Source: Escherichia phage vB_EcoM_WFH. From it: a stretch of 64,000 nucleotides of DNA. A model generated the notes under the pieces. The model searched no databases. It was given only the letters and a program-made list of their open reading frames with translations, and was not told the DNA's origin. The position numbers and the translations under genes were made by a program. Each line of letters starts with the position of its first letter. Position 1 is the first letter of the stretch. Location: sequence record NC_048194.1, one strand, 5' to 3'. This document shows positions 8,390 through 17,843 of the stretch, piece by piece.

Positions 8390-8585
8390 GATAACCTCTT
8401 TAAATTCCCTTCCCATATCGGGAAGGGCGAATGTTATTTTAAGCGAAAGAATAGGCGAGTGCCACACAGAGAGTCCCAACGGCCTTCGCCGTCCCATATC
8501 GACCCAACACCAGCGGTGATTGGGCCAGCAGAATTGGCGGCATTGGCCCAGGCGAGACGTTTTAATTTCCAACTGCACCAACGAT

Positions 8586-8819
8586 TCACAGTTCATCTCC
8601 AGACTTCAAAATTAATCCCGCATAGATTATTGCCAAAGCTAAAGGCGCACCGCCGCCAGCCTCTCTATTCTCTTTGATTTGAAGAGTATCTTTTAGGAAT
8701 TGAAGCTGAACGTTGAATTCATTTTCAATTCCAAGCACTCCAGCTAATTCTTTTACAGAATCTGCATATGCCTTGTCTATCACTTCTTTTGGCACCGTTA
8801 AGGTTAATTCATTTGCCAT
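8586..8819 (-). CDS. Hypothetical protein
   Basis: Start chosen at MANELT with upstream GGAGTGGAAAG. Confidence 0.45.
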   Translation of the reverse strand: MANELTLTVPKEVIDKAYADSVKELAGVLGIENEFNVQLQFLKDTLQIKENREAGGGAPLALAIIYAGLILKSGDEL

Positions 8820-9030
8820 TTTCTTTCCACTCCACAAATGTACTGCTACTTGTTTCTCTATTTAGCAGGTATCTGCCGCGCATTCCACGAAGGCTGAACT
8901 CAACCGTCGATGGATTAGATTTTGAAAGCCACATCACTTGACCGTCGAACGGTCCGCCAACGCATGTGTATTTGGCCTTTGGCTCACTCCTTTTGGGCCT
9001 CTTTGCCCGCTCTTTGATTGATAGTCTCAT
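8809..9030 (-). CDS. Hypothetical basic protein
   Basis: 73-aa ORF in operon-like packing with neighbours. Confidence 0.4.
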   Translation of the reverse strand: MRLSIKERAKRPKRSEPKAKYTCVGGPFDGQVMWLSKSNPSTVEFSLRGMRGRYLLNRETSSSTFVEWKENGK

Positions 9031-9245
9031 CAGTCTTCACCTTGAGATTCAAGACAAGTAAGAACAAGCCACGTCATCGGAAGAATCAAAACCAGAGAAA
9101 TAAGTGACCAAATGGACCAACACAAGATGACAGACTTGAATGTATGAACGTCGCCAAACACAGCAGTGAAACAAAATCCCATCACGAAAGCAAGCGCGGT
9201 GGAGTGGTTGTCAATGGCTTTGATGGCACGGTCGATGAGTTTCAT
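9030..9245 (-). CDS. Small membrane protein
   Basis: 71 aa with two hydrophobic helices. Confidence 0.5.
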   Translation of the reverse strand: MKLIDRAIKAIDNHSTALAFVMGFCFTAVFGDVHTFKSVILCWSIWSLISLVLILPMTWLVLTCLESQGED

Positions 9246-9319
9246 ATTACCTCCGGTTTTGAGTTAATATGATTATAACGCAGAGTTTCAGAAAGGCAAA
9301 CTTTTTGTGAATTTAAATT

Positions 9320-9350
9320 AAAAAAATGGCCAGATTATTTCTGGCCAAAA
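9320..9350 (-). terminator. Hairpin with flanking A7/T7 tract; terminator-like on the minus strand
   Basis: AAAAAAA-TGGCCAGA-TTATT-TCTGGCCA-AAAG. Confidence 0.4.
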
Positions 9351-9422
9351 GATCACCCTTTATCCACTACTAAGCTGGAATCACAATTTTACTTGATATA
9401 GCTGTCGCAAGCAAACTATAAT

Positions 9423-10883
9423 ATGAATAAAATATTAACACATAATTGGAAAGTCATGTACCAGTTGAATCCTGCTTTAAGAGAAGTCTGGAAGACGAAA
9501 GCGCGATACAAAGTCATATACGGCGGTCGTGCATCTTCCAAATCGCACGATGCCGCTGGTTTTGCTATTTATTTGGCGGCAAACTTCAAATTAAAATTCC
9601 TTTGCGTTCGACAATTCCAGAACAAGATTTCTGAATCAGTATATACGCTATTAAAAGATAAAATAGAGATTTCTGATTTTAAAGACGAGTTCAACTTATT
9701 AAAAAACTCTATTGAACACAAAAGAACAAAATCTGAATTTTTATTTTACGGTATCGCACGCAACGTTGACGAAATCAAATCAACAGAAGGTGTTGATGTT
9801 CTTTGGCTTGAAGAAGCGCATGCACTGACTGAAGAGCAATGGGACATTATTGAGCCGACAATTCGTAAGGAAGGGTCCGAAATATGGATCATATTTAACC
9901 CTGATGAAGAGGCTGATTTCGTCTACCAGAACTTTGTTATGCGACCGCCGAAAAATGCCATCGTTAAGAAGATTAACTGGCAGGACAATCCATTCTTGTC
10001 GCAAACAATGCTGGATGTTATCGCTGGCATGTATGAGCGCGACCCGAAAAAGGCAGAACACGTTTATGGCGGAGTGCCGAAGACAGGTGGCGATAAGTCG
10101 GTCATCAACCGTGCATTCGTCAAAGCCGCGCTAAACCTCCACAAACACCCTACGCTGGGATGGAGCTTGTCAGGGTCTAACCGTATAGGCTTCGACGTGG
10201 CGGACGACGGCGACGACTTAAACGCCACAGCGTTTGTCACAGGCAACGTATTACGTGGCATCAAGACATGGGAAGGTCTGGAAGATGAATTGCTTAAGTC
10301 CGCAAGCGGAGTCTGGAAAGACGCATTGACATTCGGCGCATCAATCACCTATGACGCCATCGGTGTTGGTGCATTTGCTGGTTCAAAATTTGATGAGCTT
10401 AATGAGTATGCAATCCATGAAAATCCAACATTCCCAAGAATCGAATTTAATGCGTTCAACGCGCAAGGTGCTGTTGATGATCCTGATGACGTCTTCCTTG
10501 AGTTACCACACGTTGAAATACTCAATAAAGACCATTTCGCAAACATAAAAGCGCAAAAATGGACTGAGATTGCCGAACGATTCAGAAAGACATATGAGTA
10601 TGCGACAGGGCAAGCCGTATATCCGACCGATGAGTTGATTTCCATCGACACAGACGGCATCCCAGAACTTGGTATTCCCGCTTGGTCTGCGGAAGAAATT
10701 GAGACGTTTCTTTTTGAGATGTCAGCACCGCGCAAAGACACGTCTGTACTTGGCAAGTTCAAAGTTGAATCGAAAAAGGATATGGCAAAGCGTGGAGTCA
10801 AATCGCCTAACAAAGCGGACGCAGCAATCATGGCATTGATGAAACCAATTGTTGCAGCATCCGGCTTCTTCTCTAACCTTTAA
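9423..10883 (+). CDS. terL: Terminase large subunit
   Basis: Walker A GGRASSKSH near the N-terminus, Walker B-like VLWLEEAH, nuclease-type C-terminal half; 486 aa; portal follows. Confidence 0.9.
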   Translation: MNKILTHNWKVMYQLNPALREVWKTKARYKVIYGGRASSKSHDAAGFAIYLAANFKLKFLCVRQFQNKISESVYTLLKDKIEISDFKDEFNLLKNSIEHKRTKSEFLFYGIARNVDEIKSTEGVDVLWLEEAHALTEEQWDIIEPTIRKEGSEIWIIFNPDEEADFVYQNFVMRPPKNAIVKKINWQDNPFLSQTMLDVIAGMYERDPKKAEHVYGGVPKTGGDKSVINRAFVKAALNLHKHPTLGWSLSGSNRIGFDVADDGDDLNATAFVTGNVLRGIKTWEGLEDELLKSASGVWKDALTFGASITYDAIGVGAFAGSKFDELNEYAIHENPTFPRIEFNAFNAQGAVDDPDDVFLELPHVEILNKDHFANIKAQKWTEIAERFRKTYEYATGQAVYPTDELISIDTDGIPELGIPAWSAEEIETFLFEMSAPRKDTSVLGKFKVESKKDMAKRGVKSPNKADAAIMALMKPIVAASGFFSNL

Positions 10884-10886
10884 CAA

Positions 10887-11126
10887 TTAAAGCATTCCGT
10901 GCTGAAGGTCGAGCTTTCTTGCGGCAAACGACCTGGCACGGAATCGCTTACCCGCCCTTACTGCCTGTCGAATTTTCTTTTGCAAACACTTACGGTCAAA
11001 ATCGTTGCGGTCGACGGCTTCGAGTAAATCGCGACGCAGTGCACCCAGTGTCGACTTTTCGGAGACTTCAACGCCCAGCGCGGCTGCAACATCTTTCAAA
11101 ACATCGAGTTCGGTTAAAGTTCTCAT
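10887..11126 (-). CDS. Hypothetical protein
   Basis: 79-aa ORF with RBS AAGGGG. Confidence 0.45.
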   Translation of the reverse strand: MRTLTELDVLKDVAAALGVEVSEKSTLGALRRDLLEAVDRNDFDRKCLQKKIRQAVRAGKRFRARSFAARKLDLQHGML

Positions 11127-11539
11127 TTGATAATCCCCTTGATGTCTGATTCTGCCATAAAGATTGGAGTGCCGCCGCCAGGAACAATCGAGCGCGTGAC
11201 CTTGTCAAACATATCGTTTTCTTCAACTTGAATACGATAAAATTTATTTTTGGATGAAGATGGGCACAATCCCATAAATTTGCCGATGCCGCGAACGCAT
11301 TCATCTTCAAAGTATACTGTTTCACCTTGAATGGAGTCGATGTCGTCTACTGGATAGACCTTGCGACCCAATAGCCACTCATCCAAAGTCGCCTGCAAGA
11401 CGTTGCGCGCATCTAAAATCCACGGGTCAATAGTAGCACCTTCATATCGCGCAGCAGTGGCCTTTGCCAGTTCTTCATATTCGCATACGTTAACGACTTC
11501 GCCGTTGTGCAAGACGACAAATACAATTGTTGTGCTCAT
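11123..11539 (-). CDS. Hypothetical protein
   Basis: 138-aa ORF, stop/start overlap with the downstream gene. Confidence 0.5.
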   Translation of the reverse strand: MSTTIVFVVLHNGEVVNVCEYEELAKATAARYEGATIDPWILDARNVLQATLDEWLLGRKVYPVDDIDSIQGETVYFEDECVRGIGKFMGLCPSSSKNKFYRIQVEENDMFDKVTRSIVPGGGTPIFMAESDIKGIIK

Positions 11540-11634
11540 TTCAATCTCCTTTCGTTTGGTTAACTAAAATATAACTCAAAATGATACAAAAGCAAAATAT
11601 TTTATGAACTATTTATGATCACCATACATATCAT

Positions 11635-11663
11635 TTGCTTACAAACACATGAATATTTATAAT
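11635..11663 (+). promoter_or_regulatory. sigma70-like promoter for the portal operon
   Basis: TTGCTT, 17-nt spacer, TATAAT; about 40 nt upstream of the ATG at 11702. Confidence 0.5.
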
Positions 11664-11701
11664 ATAGATTGATTCCCTTTCACTGTCAGGTGGCGTTAAC
11701 A

Positions 11702-14077
11702 ATGAAAATTCTTGGCATAAAACTCTGGGAGAAGACGCAACCAGAAGCCGAACCAGCGGAGATGCCGCCAGGCGACCCATTGGCACCGTTTGAACGCCTT
11801 GAAAGGCGCGGCAGCGGTCAACGCTGGGAAAAGACTGAAAGCAATCGACCGACCTTTAAAACGGTTGATGACTTCCCTTTATATGAGCCTGATATTAATG
11901 GCGATGGTGTTGCAATCATAAAAGGTCGTTCAGTCGATTCCGCAACAGTATCCAAAAAGGTTATGGATAATGCCTTAAAGAACATCAGTTCAGAAGGGCA
12001 AGTCAACCCATACACAGTACCTATTCAACTTCAAAACTGGTATTTGTCACAGTCATTCATCGGCTATCAAGCTTGTGCCATCATCGCACAGCATTGGCTG
12101 GTGAACAAGGCATGTTCCATGGTAGGCCGCGATGCGGTCCGTAAAGGTTGGGAAGTCAAATCCAGTTCTGAGTCAGAATTGTCAGTACAGGCAAGCGAAC
12201 GCCTAAAGCAAATTGATAAAGAATTTAATATCAAAGAGCACTTAGTTGAAGCCGAACGATTCAAAAATATTTTTGGTATCCGCGTCATCATATTTGATGT
12301 GCGTAGCGATGACCCAGAATATTACAGCAAGCCTTTTAACATTGATGGCGTGACAAAGGGGTCTTATAAGGGAATCATTCAGGTTGACCCTTATTGGATG
12401 ATGCCGTTTCTGACGTCTGAAAACACCGCCGACCCTGCATCACAGCACTTCTATGATCCAGAATACTGGGTGATCAGCGGACAACGTTATCATCGCAGCC
12501 ACCTAATCATCTTGCGCAATGATGAGCCAGCTGATATTCTCAAGCCAACTTATATTTACGGCGGCATTCCTCTGACTCAGCAGATTTATGAACGCATCTA
12601 TGCCGCTGAACGTACCGCTAACGAAGCGCCATTGCTGGCAATGTCCAAGCGTACAACCACGCTGCGGACAGACGTTGACAAGGCGATTGCCAATGAGCGG
12701 TCTTTTGCAGAACGTCTGATGATGTGGATCAAGTACCGCGACAACTATGCAGTCAAAGTGCTTGGCCAAAAAGAAGAGATGGACCAGTTTGACATTAACT
12801 TGTCAGACTTCGACAGCATCATCATGAACCAGTACCAGCTTGTGGCCGCAATCGCAAAAGTTCCGTCGACCAAACTGCTTGGGACTTCGCCAAAAGGCTT
12901 TAACGCCACTGGTGAATTCGAGATGGTCAGCTATCACGAAGAGTTGGAAACGTGCCAGCAGCATGACCTGACAAAAATTCTCGACCGCCATTACAAAATC
13001 CTTCTCAAATCAGAAGGGGTGGATGTCGATGTTAAGGTTGCATGGGAACCAGTTGGCTCACTTACTGCTACTCAACTTGCAGAAATCAATGATAAGCGAG
13101 CCAACACTGGCAAAACTCTTATTGATGCTGGCGTCATTTCTCCTGATGAAGAGCGCGACCGCATCAAAGACGACAAAAACAGCGGCTACAACCGTCTGCC
13201 GGAAGACGCAGCAGAAGAAACCCCAGGGATGTCTCCAGAGAATATGGCATTGCTTGGCAAGTCTGCTGGTGAAGTCCTGCAAGGTAAGGCCGATATTGAA
13301 CAGGCGAAAGCTGATGTCGTTAAGATGGGCGGCCAGTTCTATAGCGAAACAGGTATTATGCCAGAGGGTGCCGCGCGTGGTGAGTTGGCGGAAAACCCTG
13401 ACAAAGCGCCTGTCGAAATCAACATGGACGATACCGATGATGAATCAAGCCATCAGGTTGATGTCCTAACGCAGTTGAAAGAAGGGCTGGAGGGTATTGC
13501 GGATTACTACCTGAAAGAAGGTCAGGATGTGGATTTTGACCCTCAAAAAGATTCACGGTCGGTGCAACCGTCTACCCTTCCAAGCGTTAAAGGACACGTC
13601 GTCAACTTACGCCACAACGTGGGTAAAATGGACGCAGCATCATTACCTAAGATGAAGTTGCACGGAATGATTCTTGGCATTGAGAATCCGCGAAACAGCA
13701 TTCGTAGAGGAAACAGCCTTGACGGTGAATGGGCCGTGAAGATGCCGCACCACTACGGATTCATCAAGGGCACCAAGGGCGCAGACGGTGATGAAGTCGA
13801 CTGCTTTGTGGGTCCAAATCTGAAGTCGCCGAAAGTCTTTATCGTGAACCAAAACGATAACTACTCTGGCGAGTTTGATGAACACAAGTGTATGCTTGGA
13901 TTCGATTCAGCAGAAGAAGCGAAAGAAGCTTATCAAGCATCATTTGGTAACGGTTGGAACGGATTCGACTCAATCCACGAATTAGATGTGAACTCATTCA
14001 AGGAGTGGTTGAAGGGTGATTGCTCTCAAGCATACGGAGCACTCAATAATCCTACTAATTCACCGAAGCAAGGTTGA
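11702..14077 (+). CDS. Portal protein with a C-terminal extension carrying an inorganic-pyrophosphatase-type signature
   Basis: Position between terL and MuF; ORF 11669-14077 trimmed to the ATG after AGGTGG; C-terminal about 150 aa contains YGFIKGTKGADGDEVDCFV (D-x-D-x-x-D pattern) and AEEAKEAYQASF. Confidence 0.7.
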   Translation: MKILGIKLWEKTQPEAEPAEMPPGDPLAPFERLERRGSGQRWEKTESNRPTFKTVDDFPLYEPDINGDGVAIIKGRSVDSATVSKKVMDNALKNISSEGQVNPYTVPIQLQNWYLSQSFIGYQACAIIAQHWLVNKACSMVGRDAVRKGWEVKSSSESELSVQASERLKQIDKEFNIKEHLVEAERFKNIFGIRVIIFDVRSDDPEYYSKPFNIDGVTKGSYKGIIQVDPYWMMPFLTSENTADPASQHFYDPEYWVISGQRYHRSHLIILRNDEPADILKPTYIYGGIPLTQQIYERIYAAERTANEAPLLAMSKRTTTLRTDVDKAIANERSFAERLMMWIKYRDNYAVKVLGQKEEMDQFDINLSDFDSIIMNQYQLVAAIAKVPSTKLLGTSPKGFNATGEFEMVSYHEELETCQQHDLTKILDRHYKILLKSEGVDVDVKVAWEPVGSLTATQLAEINDKRANTGKTLIDAGVISPDEERDRIKDDKNSGYNRLPEDAAEETPGMSPENMALLGKSAGEVLQGKADIEQAKADVVKMGGQFYSETGIMPEGAARGELAENPDKAPVEINMDDTDDESSHQVDVLTQLKEGLEGIADYYLKEGQDVDFDPQKDSRSVQPSTLPSVKGHVVNLRHNVGKMDAASLPKMKLHGMILGIENPRNSIRRGNSLDGEWAVKMPHHYGFIKGTKGADGDEVDCFVGPNLKSPKVFIVNQNDNYSGEFDEHKCMLGFDSAEEAKEAYQASFGNGWNGFDSIHELDVNSFKEWLKGDCSQAYGALNNPTNSPKQG

Positions 14078-14078
14078 T

Positions 14079-14930
14079 ATGGCTTTTAAAGCTTCGAAAA
14101 AACGTGAACGCCGCTCACCCGATAGAATCGGGCGCGGCAGTCCGATAATCCCATCAAACGCTATTGCGATGGCCTACCGTCGTGAGATGAAAGGTCTTTG
14201 CTATGCGATGATTGATGACTATCAGGCAGGAATTTCAGAGTGGCTTGAAAAGAAGCAGGTGCAGAAGTTCTTTGCGCAAGACTCTGCTGATTCAACATTC
14301 CAAACTCTTATGAAACGTCTGCAGCTGAAATGGGCAAAGGCGTTTGCTCGTGTTGGGTCGAAGATTGCCGCTGATTTTATCAAGTCGGTTGAAAAGGGTG
14401 CTACTTCTGCTACATTCGCCAGCCTTAAGTCCGCAGGCATAGAAGCGCCAAAGGCCACATATAACAAATTCGTTGAGAACACTCTTAGAACAAGCGAGAC
14501 GTTTAACACGACTCTAGTGACTAAGGTCGGCGAGGATATTCACAACAGAGTGTACGAAGCAGTCATGCTTTCGCTGACTTCGCCCGACCCAGCCCAGCAA
14601 GGCACGTCAGGCATTCAGGCGGCGCTGCGAAACGTAAAACACTTCTCTGCAAAGAGAGTCGACTTAATCGCTAAAGACCAGACAAGCAAATTGTATTGCG
14701 TTCTAAGCGATGAAAGGATGCGCCAGAATGGAGTTGAAGAATTTGAATGGGCGCACTCAGGAGCAGGAAAGGAGCCGCGAATCTCTCATGAACATGTCGA
14801 CGGAATGAGATTCAAACTTGATGACAAGCGTCTATGGGAAGTGGGCGGAGAGTTGAAGTTCAAAAAGGGTGACATCGGTCCTCCTGGATGGGCGATACAC
14901 TGCAAGTGCAGAAAAATACCAATCATTTGA
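14079..14930 (+). CDS. Head morphogenesis protein (Mu F / SPP1 gp7-like)
   Basis: Follows portal; C-terminal HEHVDGMRF ... PPGWAIHCKCR typical of this family. Confidence 0.75.
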   Translation: MAFKASKKRERRSPDRIGRGSPIIPSNAIAMAYRREMKGLCYAMIDDYQAGISEWLEKKQVQKFFAQDSADSTFQTLMKRLQLKWAKAFARVGSKIAADFIKSVEKGATSATFASLKSAGIEAPKATYNKFVENTLRTSETFNTTLVTKVGEDIHNRVYEAVMLSLTSPDPAQQGTSGIQAALRNVKHFSAKRVDLIAKDQTSKLYCVLSDERMRQNGVEEFEWAHSGAGKEPRISHEHVDGMRFKLDDKRLWEVGGELKFKKGDIGPPGWAIHCKCRKIPII

Positions 14931-14937
14931 GGTCATT

Positions 14938-15858
14938 ATGACGATACCAATCAGCACGTTTCCTCTATCTGGACAAACGCCAGTATTGCCTGCTGTATAT
15001 GCTAACGGTTTGGCGATTGTTTCGGAATTCACATCCGATAAAAACCTGATTGTTCCATTGAGTCCGCCATTGGCGTCTGGATACAATTCAGTTGGCCAGT
15101 TCTTTATGATCGGTAATGATGGCGATTCTACCAGCAAGCCGAATCTGACACTTTCAGTTCCCAAAATGAACATAACAGACGTGCAGACTGGTTTAACTGC
15201 ATCTACGATCACCATCGCTTTTGGAGAAGCAGTGATTATAGGCATGGAGTCTGGAGGGTCCAATAATGCTGTCGCCGTTAAGGTAGTCAAATCCAGCAGC
15301 AACCAATACACACTACCAGCGGCAACGGCTTCTATTCTCGGCGGCGTCAAAATAGGAAGTGGCATAAGCGTTGCAGGTGACGGTACAATTAGTGTGACTC
15401 AATACTCATTACCGATTGCATCAGCATCAACCTTGGGTGGCATAAAGGTAGGAACGACACTATCAATTGATGGTTCTGGCGTCCTTAATGCTGCTGCAAG
15501 TACTGTGCAGAACGCAAGCAACAGCGTAAGCAATCCTCCGACAACTCTGGTGAATCTGGCAACCTTAAACCTGCCTGCAGGGAAATGGCTTGTGACAGCA
15601 AGTCAGTTGACTGTCGCGACAGCAGGAGTTCAAGCGAATACCGGAATTACAGTCAAACTGTCAACAAGTAATTCAGATATTACGGATGATGCATTTACAA
15701 TGTCAGCTGGAATTCGGGCTGCAGGTCGTTTCGGCGGCAATATTCCAACAAAGATAATTACCCTTGCCGCGCCTGGCAACGTGTATCTAAACTATCAATG
15801 CACAGACGCATTGACATCTACCGTTTACGGACAGATCACCGCAATTAAGTTGAACTAA
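14938..15858 (+). CDS. Fibre-repeat protein inside the head module (candidate head fibre or decoration)
   Basis: Two copies of a fibre-like repeat (YTLPAATASILGGVKIGSGISVAGDGTISV and YSLPIASASTLGGIKVGTTLSIDGSGVLN); ORF trimmed to the ATG after GAGGT. Confidence 0.5.
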   Translation: MTIPISTFPLSGQTPVLPAVYANGLAIVSEFTSDKNLIVPLSPPLASGYNSVGQFFMIGNDGDSTSKPNLTLSVPKMNITDVQTGLTASTITIAFGEAVIIGMESGGSNNAVAVKVVKSSSNQYTLPAATASILGGVKIGSGISVAGDGTISVTQYSLPIASASTLGGIKVGTTLSIDGSGVLNAAASTVQNASNSVSNPPTTLVNLATLNLPAGKWLVTASQLTVATAGVQANTGITVKLSTSNSDITDDAFTMSAGIRAAGRFGGNIPTKIITLAAPGNVYLNYQCTDALTSTVYGQITAIKLN

Positions 15859-15868
15859 AGAGGAAGTT

Positions 15869-16006
15869 ATGCAAAAGATTATTCAGTCACGTTACGTTAA
15901 AGTGCGAAATATTAATTGCAACTCTTTGCTTTCTTGGAAATGGGCTGTTTACGACTCGATGCTGATTGGCGTTTTAGTTGCTGGAGTGCTTTTTAATATT
16001 CACTGA
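15869..16006 (+). CDS. Small membrane protein (45 aa), not in the supplied ORF track
   Basis: Strong RBS AAGAGGAAG 6 nt before the ATG; hydrophobic AVYDSMLIGVLVAGVLF. Confidence 0.4.
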   Translation: MQKIIQSRYVKVRNINCNSLLSWKWAVYDSMLIGVLVAGVLFNIH

Positions 16007-16039
16007 ATCGCCTGGCAATGGATTGCCGCAGGATTTTAC

Positions 16040-16320
16040 GCGTATAATGACGTATCATCCGTATCAAGTAAGTAGTTGTTTTCAAAAGAATCTTACGGAT
16101 GATACGGATGATACGCGTTGCCGCGATACTTTATAGGAATTCAAATAAATTAATTTAAAATTATATATCTAATTTAATTTTATTTTTTTATAAACTCTTA
16201 TATATGAAAAGTATCCGTATCATCCGTATCATCCGTAGCACACCAGTGATAGCGCGGCTTATACACCGATACGGATAAAAATACGCCTCATTTTATCCGT
16301 ATCATCCGTATCACACTAAT
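16040..16320. repeat. Origin-like element: inverted arrays of the 9-mer ATCCGTATC flanking a 70-bp AT-rich core
   Basis: CGTATCATCCGTATCA (16051-16066), inverted TACGGATGATACGGATGATACG (16094-16115), AT tract 16141-16210, GTATCCGTATCATCCGTATCATCCGTAGC (16211-16239), CGATACGGATA (16268-16278), TTATCCGTATCATCCGTATCAC (16293-16314). Confidence 0.65.
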
Positions 16321-16370
16321 TAAGGCGCGACTATATCGGTTGTTATACATATTCAAACCATAATTATTGT

Positions 16371-16399
16371 TTGCCTAAGTTTTTTTCATTAGATATAAT
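16371..16399 (+). promoter_or_regulatory. sigma70-like promoter for the head-gene operon
   Basis: TTGCCT, 17-nt spacer, TATAAT, about 30 nt upstream of the ATG at 16429. Confidence 0.5.
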
Positions 16400-16428
16400 A
16401 CACAATACTTATTTGAGGGTGGATGCGA

Positions 16429-17841
16429 ATGCAAACGGCACGCGAAATTGACAAAAATGGATTCTTGACGATTGTGGGTTGTCCCATTTCGTCATTTGGC
16501 ATTTTTGATTATTCTGCAGGTCAGGTTGGACTTGATGGTGATCCGAATCGCATCGTAAAAGTTTATCGCCCAGAGTCAGCGGTGAAAGACCCCGAAGCGA
16601 TAGATTCATTCAAAAATATCCCTTTCATCGACAATCACGAAATGCTTTCTGGATTCGAAGGTGATGAGGATAACACAGCACCCGAAGAGTATGGCGTTGA
16701 TGGCGTTCTAACTGGCAATGTTTATTATGACAAGCCATGGATGCGCGGCGACCTTAAAGTTTTTAGCCGTCGTCTGAAGAAGGCCATCGATTCTGGAAAG
16801 GTTGACTTGTCTTTGGGCTATGACTGTGAATTCATCATACAGTCTGGAGAGTTTGACGGGCAGCCGTATGAAGTGGTACAGACAACTCTTCGCGGCAACC
16901 ACATTGCTCTCGTGGACGTTGGTCGAGTACCAGGTGCACGGGTGCTGGATGGTCGTTGCTTTGACCATCTTTGTTTGACGACTGTAACACCATCCAACGA
17001 GGATTTAGACATGCCAAAACCGTTAAAAGGTAAAGCGCGTGATAATGCTGTTGAACAGCTGAAATCACTGATCCCTGCGCTCGAACAATTTCTGAATGAA
17101 GAGAGCACCGAAGCTGCTCATCAGGACGAAGTTGAAGTGAAAGCAGAAGAGAAGGATTCAACCGAAGAACGTGAAGAAGTGATGGTTGATCCAGAAGTCA
17201 AAGCAGAAGCTGAAGAGACTCCAGAAGGTGAAGAGAAGTTTGAAGTTGAAACTGAATCTCACGCTGGCGGCGAGCTTCCGCAACTGATCAGCCAAATCGA
17301 AGCACTTATTGCAAAACTGAAAGGTGGCGCGGTAGGTGATGAAGAAGAAGTTGAAGCCGAAGTCAAAGACGAAGAAGTTGAAGTCAAGGCTGAAGATGTA
17401 TCACCTTGCGACAAAGCTGAAGATGTGGTTAGCGGCCTGCAAAACAGCAACGTAAAGGGGGCTTCGGTCGAAAAAGATGACAAACCGACAAAAGCGGCGA
17501 AAGCGTCGCCAGGTCCAGCAAAAGGGGAACACTCAATGGCATCTGATTCAGCAGTTGCTGCTTTCTACGCTGATTCTGCTCGTAAGAATAGCCTCTACCA
17601 GCGCCTGTCTAAAGTTGTTGGTGCCTTTGATCATGCAACTATGGACTCCAAGTCCGTAGCGAAATATGGCGCTAAAAAGTTAGGCTTGAAGTGCGTTGAT
17701 GGTGCTGAGTTTGACGTGGTGGATAATTATCTGCGCGGCGTTGAACACGGTCAAAAACAGCGTGTAGTCGCAAAACAAAAGGCCGCTGCGGATTCTGCAG
17801 CAACTGACGAAGCATTTGAAGCTTGGTTGAAAGGGGAATAA
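16429..17841 (+). CDS. Prohead protease / scaffolding-like protein
   Basis: Conserved-looking N-terminal domain (RGNHIALVDVGR), then a long acidic Glu/Lys/Ala-rich coiled coil typical of scaffolds; directly upstream of the capsid genes. Confidence 0.55.
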   Translation: MQTAREIDKNGFLTIVGCPISSFGIFDYSAGQVGLDGDPNRIVKVYRPESAVKDPEAIDSFKNIPFIDNHEMLSGFEGDEDNTAPEEYGVDGVLTGNVYYDKPWMRGDLKVFSRRLKKAIDSGKVDLSLGYDCEFIIQSGEFDGQPYEVVQTTLRGNHIALVDVGRVPGARVLDGRCFDHLCLTTVTPSNEDLDMPKPLKGKARDNAVEQLKSLIPALEQFLNEESTEAAHQDEVEVKAEEKDSTEEREEVMVDPEVKAEAEETPEGEEKFEVETESHAGGELPQLISQIEALIAKLKGGAVGDEEEVEAEVKDEEVEVKAEDVSPCDKAEDVVSGLQNSNVKGASVEKDDKPTKAAKASPGPAKGEHSMASDSAVAAFYADSARKNSLYQRLSKVVGAFDHATMDSKSVAKYGAKKLGLKCVDGAEFDVVDNYLRGVEHGQKQRVVAKQKAAADSAATDEAFEAWLKGE

Positions 17842-17843
17842 AT

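Noticed and set aside
16040-16320. DnaA boxes
   Set aside because: TTATCCGTA resembles but does not match the TTATNCACA consensus; treated as phage-specific iterons.
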